Shown here one piece after another: positions 61,490 to 64,000 of a stretch of 64,000 nt of DNA. The stretch is from Hemiscyllium ocellatum. Lineage: Eukaryota. The stretch spans positions 62,001 to 126,000 of the forward strand of contig NW_026867677.1 of the NCBI RefSeq assembly GCF_020745735.1, read 5' to 3'. The translations under genes and the position numbers were made by a program. Below the pieces are notes generated by a model. It did no database searches. It had not been told where the DNA came from and worked only from the letters and a program-made list of their open reading frames with translations. Each line of letters opens with the position of its first letter. Positions within the stretch are counted from its first letter, which is position 1.

Positions 61490-63960
61490 CATAGAGTCAT
61501 ACAACAAACAAACAGGCCCTTCTGTTTGTCGACATGTCGATGCCAATCAGTAATCACCAAACTCCATTTACCTGCACTTGGTCCATAGCCTTCCATGCCC
61601 TGGCATTTTATGTGTTCATCGGGATGTTTCTTAAATGTTGTGAGAGGACCTGCCTCCACCACCTTCTCAAACAGCACATTCCATATTTCTACCACCCTCT
61701 GGGGAAAACAAGTCCTCAAAACCCCTCTAAACCACTTTTTCACATGGTAAGCTTATTCCCTCTGGTCATAGACATGTCTGACATGGGGAAAAGATTCTCA
61801 CAATTGACTTTGTCTATGCCTTTCATATTTTTGTATATCTCAATCAGATTCCCCCAGAGAAAACATATACAGTCTATCCAGTCTCTCCTCAGAACTAACA
61901 CTTTCCATCCCCGGGAACATCTCCTCTGCATCCTCTCCAGTTCAATCACGTTCTTCCAACAGTGTCACGACCAGGACTGTGCACAATATTCCAGACATGA
62001 CCTAACCAGTGCTCTGTCAGGTAACAACAAGACTTTCTACTTCCTATATTCTACACCCTGGCTAATAATGCCAAGCATCCCATATGCCTTCTTCACCACC
62101 CTGTCTAGCTGTGCTGATACCTTCCAGGATTGATGGACTTGTACACCAAGCTCCCTTTGTTCCTCAGTACTCCCAAGGAACATAAGAACATAAGAACTAG
62201 GAGCAGGAGTAGGCCATCTGGCCCTTCAACCCTGCTCTGCCATTCAATAAGATCATGGCTGATCTTTTCATGGACTCAGCTCCACATAAGACCATAAGAC
62301 AAAGGAGTGGAAGTAAGGCCATTTGGTCCCTCGAGTCCACTCCGCCATTCAATCATGGGTGATGGGCATTGAAGGACAGTTCCCCACACTCTCCCTGTAG
62401 CCCTTAATTCATTGCAAGATTAAGAATTTATCAATCTCTGCCTTGAAGACATTTAATATTTCAGCTGCCACTGCGCTCTGTGGCAATGAATTCCAAAGGC
62501 CCATCACTCTCTAGCTGAAGAAATGTCTCCTCAGTTCTGTTTTAAACTGACCCCCTCTAACTCTAAGGCTTTGCCCACGGGTCCTAGTACCCCCACCTAA
62601 TGGAAACAATTTCCCAGCATCCAACCTTTCTAAGCCATGCATTATCTTGTAAGTTTCTATTAGATCTCCCCTTCTAAAGTCGAATGAATCCAATCCCAGG
62701 ATCCTCAGCCGTTCATCATATATTAGGCTTACCATTCCAGGGATCATCCATGTGAATCTCCACTGGACATGGTCCAGTGTCAATATGTCCTTCCTGAGGT
62801 GTGGGGCCCAAAACTGGACTGAATGGGGTCTAACCAGAGCTTTATAAAGTCTCAGTAGCACAACTCATTTTACATTCCAACCCTCTTGAGATAAATTAGC
62901 AGAAAGTTAGGGCTGCAGATGCTGGAGATCAGAGCTGAAAAATGTGTTGCTGGAAAAGCGCAGCAGGGTCAGGCAGCATCCAAGGAACAGGAGAATTGAT
63001 GTTTCGGGCATAAGCCCTTCTTCATTCTTGCTGCGCATTTTCAACAACACATTTTTCAGCTCTTGAGATAAATGACAACATTACATTTGCTTTCTTAACC
63101 ACGGATTCAACCTGCAAGTTAACCTTTAGAGAATCCAGGACTAGCATTCCCAGATCACTTTGTACTTTGGCTTTATGAATTTTCTCACCGTTTAGAAAAT
63201 TGTCCATGCCTGTATTTTTTTTCTAAAGTGCAAGACCTGGCATTTGCTCTCACTGTATCTCTTAATTCCTTGATTGTTAAAAAAAATCTGTCTTAGCTTT
63301 AAAGCATTAACTGAAATAGCATCAATTTCTTCACTGAGCAAGTAATTTCATAGATTTATGACCCACTGGGTGAAGACGTTCCTTCTCAATTCAGTCCTAA
63401 ATCTGCTCCCCCTAATTTTGAGGCTAAACCCTCTTGTTTTAGTTTTATCTGCCAATGAGAACACCCTGTCTACTTCTGTCTTATCTATTCTCTTTATAAT
63501 TTTATTTATTTCTATAAAGTTCCCCTCATTCTTCTAAGTTCCAATGAGTATATCCCAGTCTACGCAGTCTCCCTTCATAAGCCAACCCCCTCCACCGCGG
63601 AATCAGCCTAGTGAACTTTCTCTGCACCCCTCCAGTGCCAGTATTGCCTTTTTCAAGTAAGGAGACCATTACTGCACGCAGTACTCCAGGTGTGGCCTCA
63701 CCAGCTGCAACATAACCTTCCCTCTTTTTAAACTCAATCCCTTTAGCAATGAAGGACAAAATTCCATTTGCCTTCCTAATTGCTTGTTGTACCTGTAGAC
63801 CAACCCTCTGTGATTCATGCATAAGGATACTCAAGGCACATGCCTTTCATTGTGTATATCCTTCCCTTATTAGACCTCCCAAGTTGGATCACCTCAGAGG
63901 TATCAGGATTAAATTCCATCCACCATTGCTCTGCCCAATTTACCAGCTGACCAATATCAG
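61490..63960 (-). mobile_element. Nested CR1 LINE 3' fragments
   Basis: ORFs 62511-62861, 63526-63834 and 61489-61743 carry CR1 C-terminal motifs; stacked 3' tails at 62175-62380. Confidence 0.85.
62897..63059. mobile_element. Palindromic PLE-derived insertion in CR1 (one arm partly deleted)
   Basis: 14-bp TSD ctcttgagataaat (62883-62896 / 63060-63073). The GGGC(UUAU)GCCC-GAAA stem is kept on the minus strand, but the CUGA box is lost. Confidence 0.8.
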
Positions 63961-64000
63961 ACTGTAGCCTGAGACCCAGTCATCCAAGATGGCAGCAGAG

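Noticed and set aside
48800-64000. Additional V segments upstream of the V gene
   Set aside because: No Ig-fold motifs or complete RSS seen by eye; the region is explained by LINE, SINE and LTR debris.

Overview
Eukaryotic, repeat-dense DNA from a cartilaginous fish, most likely a shark. This is inferred from the NS4/kappa-type Ig light chain and HE1-like SINEs; the species cannot be determined from sequence alone. The core is one apparently intact, unrearranged kappa-type cluster on the minus strand: leader exon 48478-48526, V exon 47993-48291 with a perfect 12-RSS, J 47455-47489 with a perfect 23-RSS, and C exon 35452-35780. A second C exon (1-142, cut by the window edge) lies in a ~8.7 kb segmental duplicate of the J-C intron. 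That duplicate breaks at 8755/8756 into an inverted copy of the J-proximal intron, and I found no J or V between it and the C at 35452. A third, 5'-truncated C fragment sits on the plus strand (20767-20853). It lies between the arms of an old ~4.3 kb inverted duplication (10075-14460 / 25685-29925) that carries an unidentified decayed coding-like segment. The remainder is decayed CR1/L2 LINEs, SINEs, Penelope-like elements (PLEs), a Gmr1-like Gypsy remnant and a retrovirus-like RT remnant. Several short palindromic PLE-derived insertions have target-site duplications and minimal hammerhead-ribozyme motifs at their symmetry axis. Ig and RSS coordinates were read base by base. Transposon boundaries and identity values are by-eye estimates (about +/-50 bp). 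There is a 237-nt assembly gap at 45270-45506.
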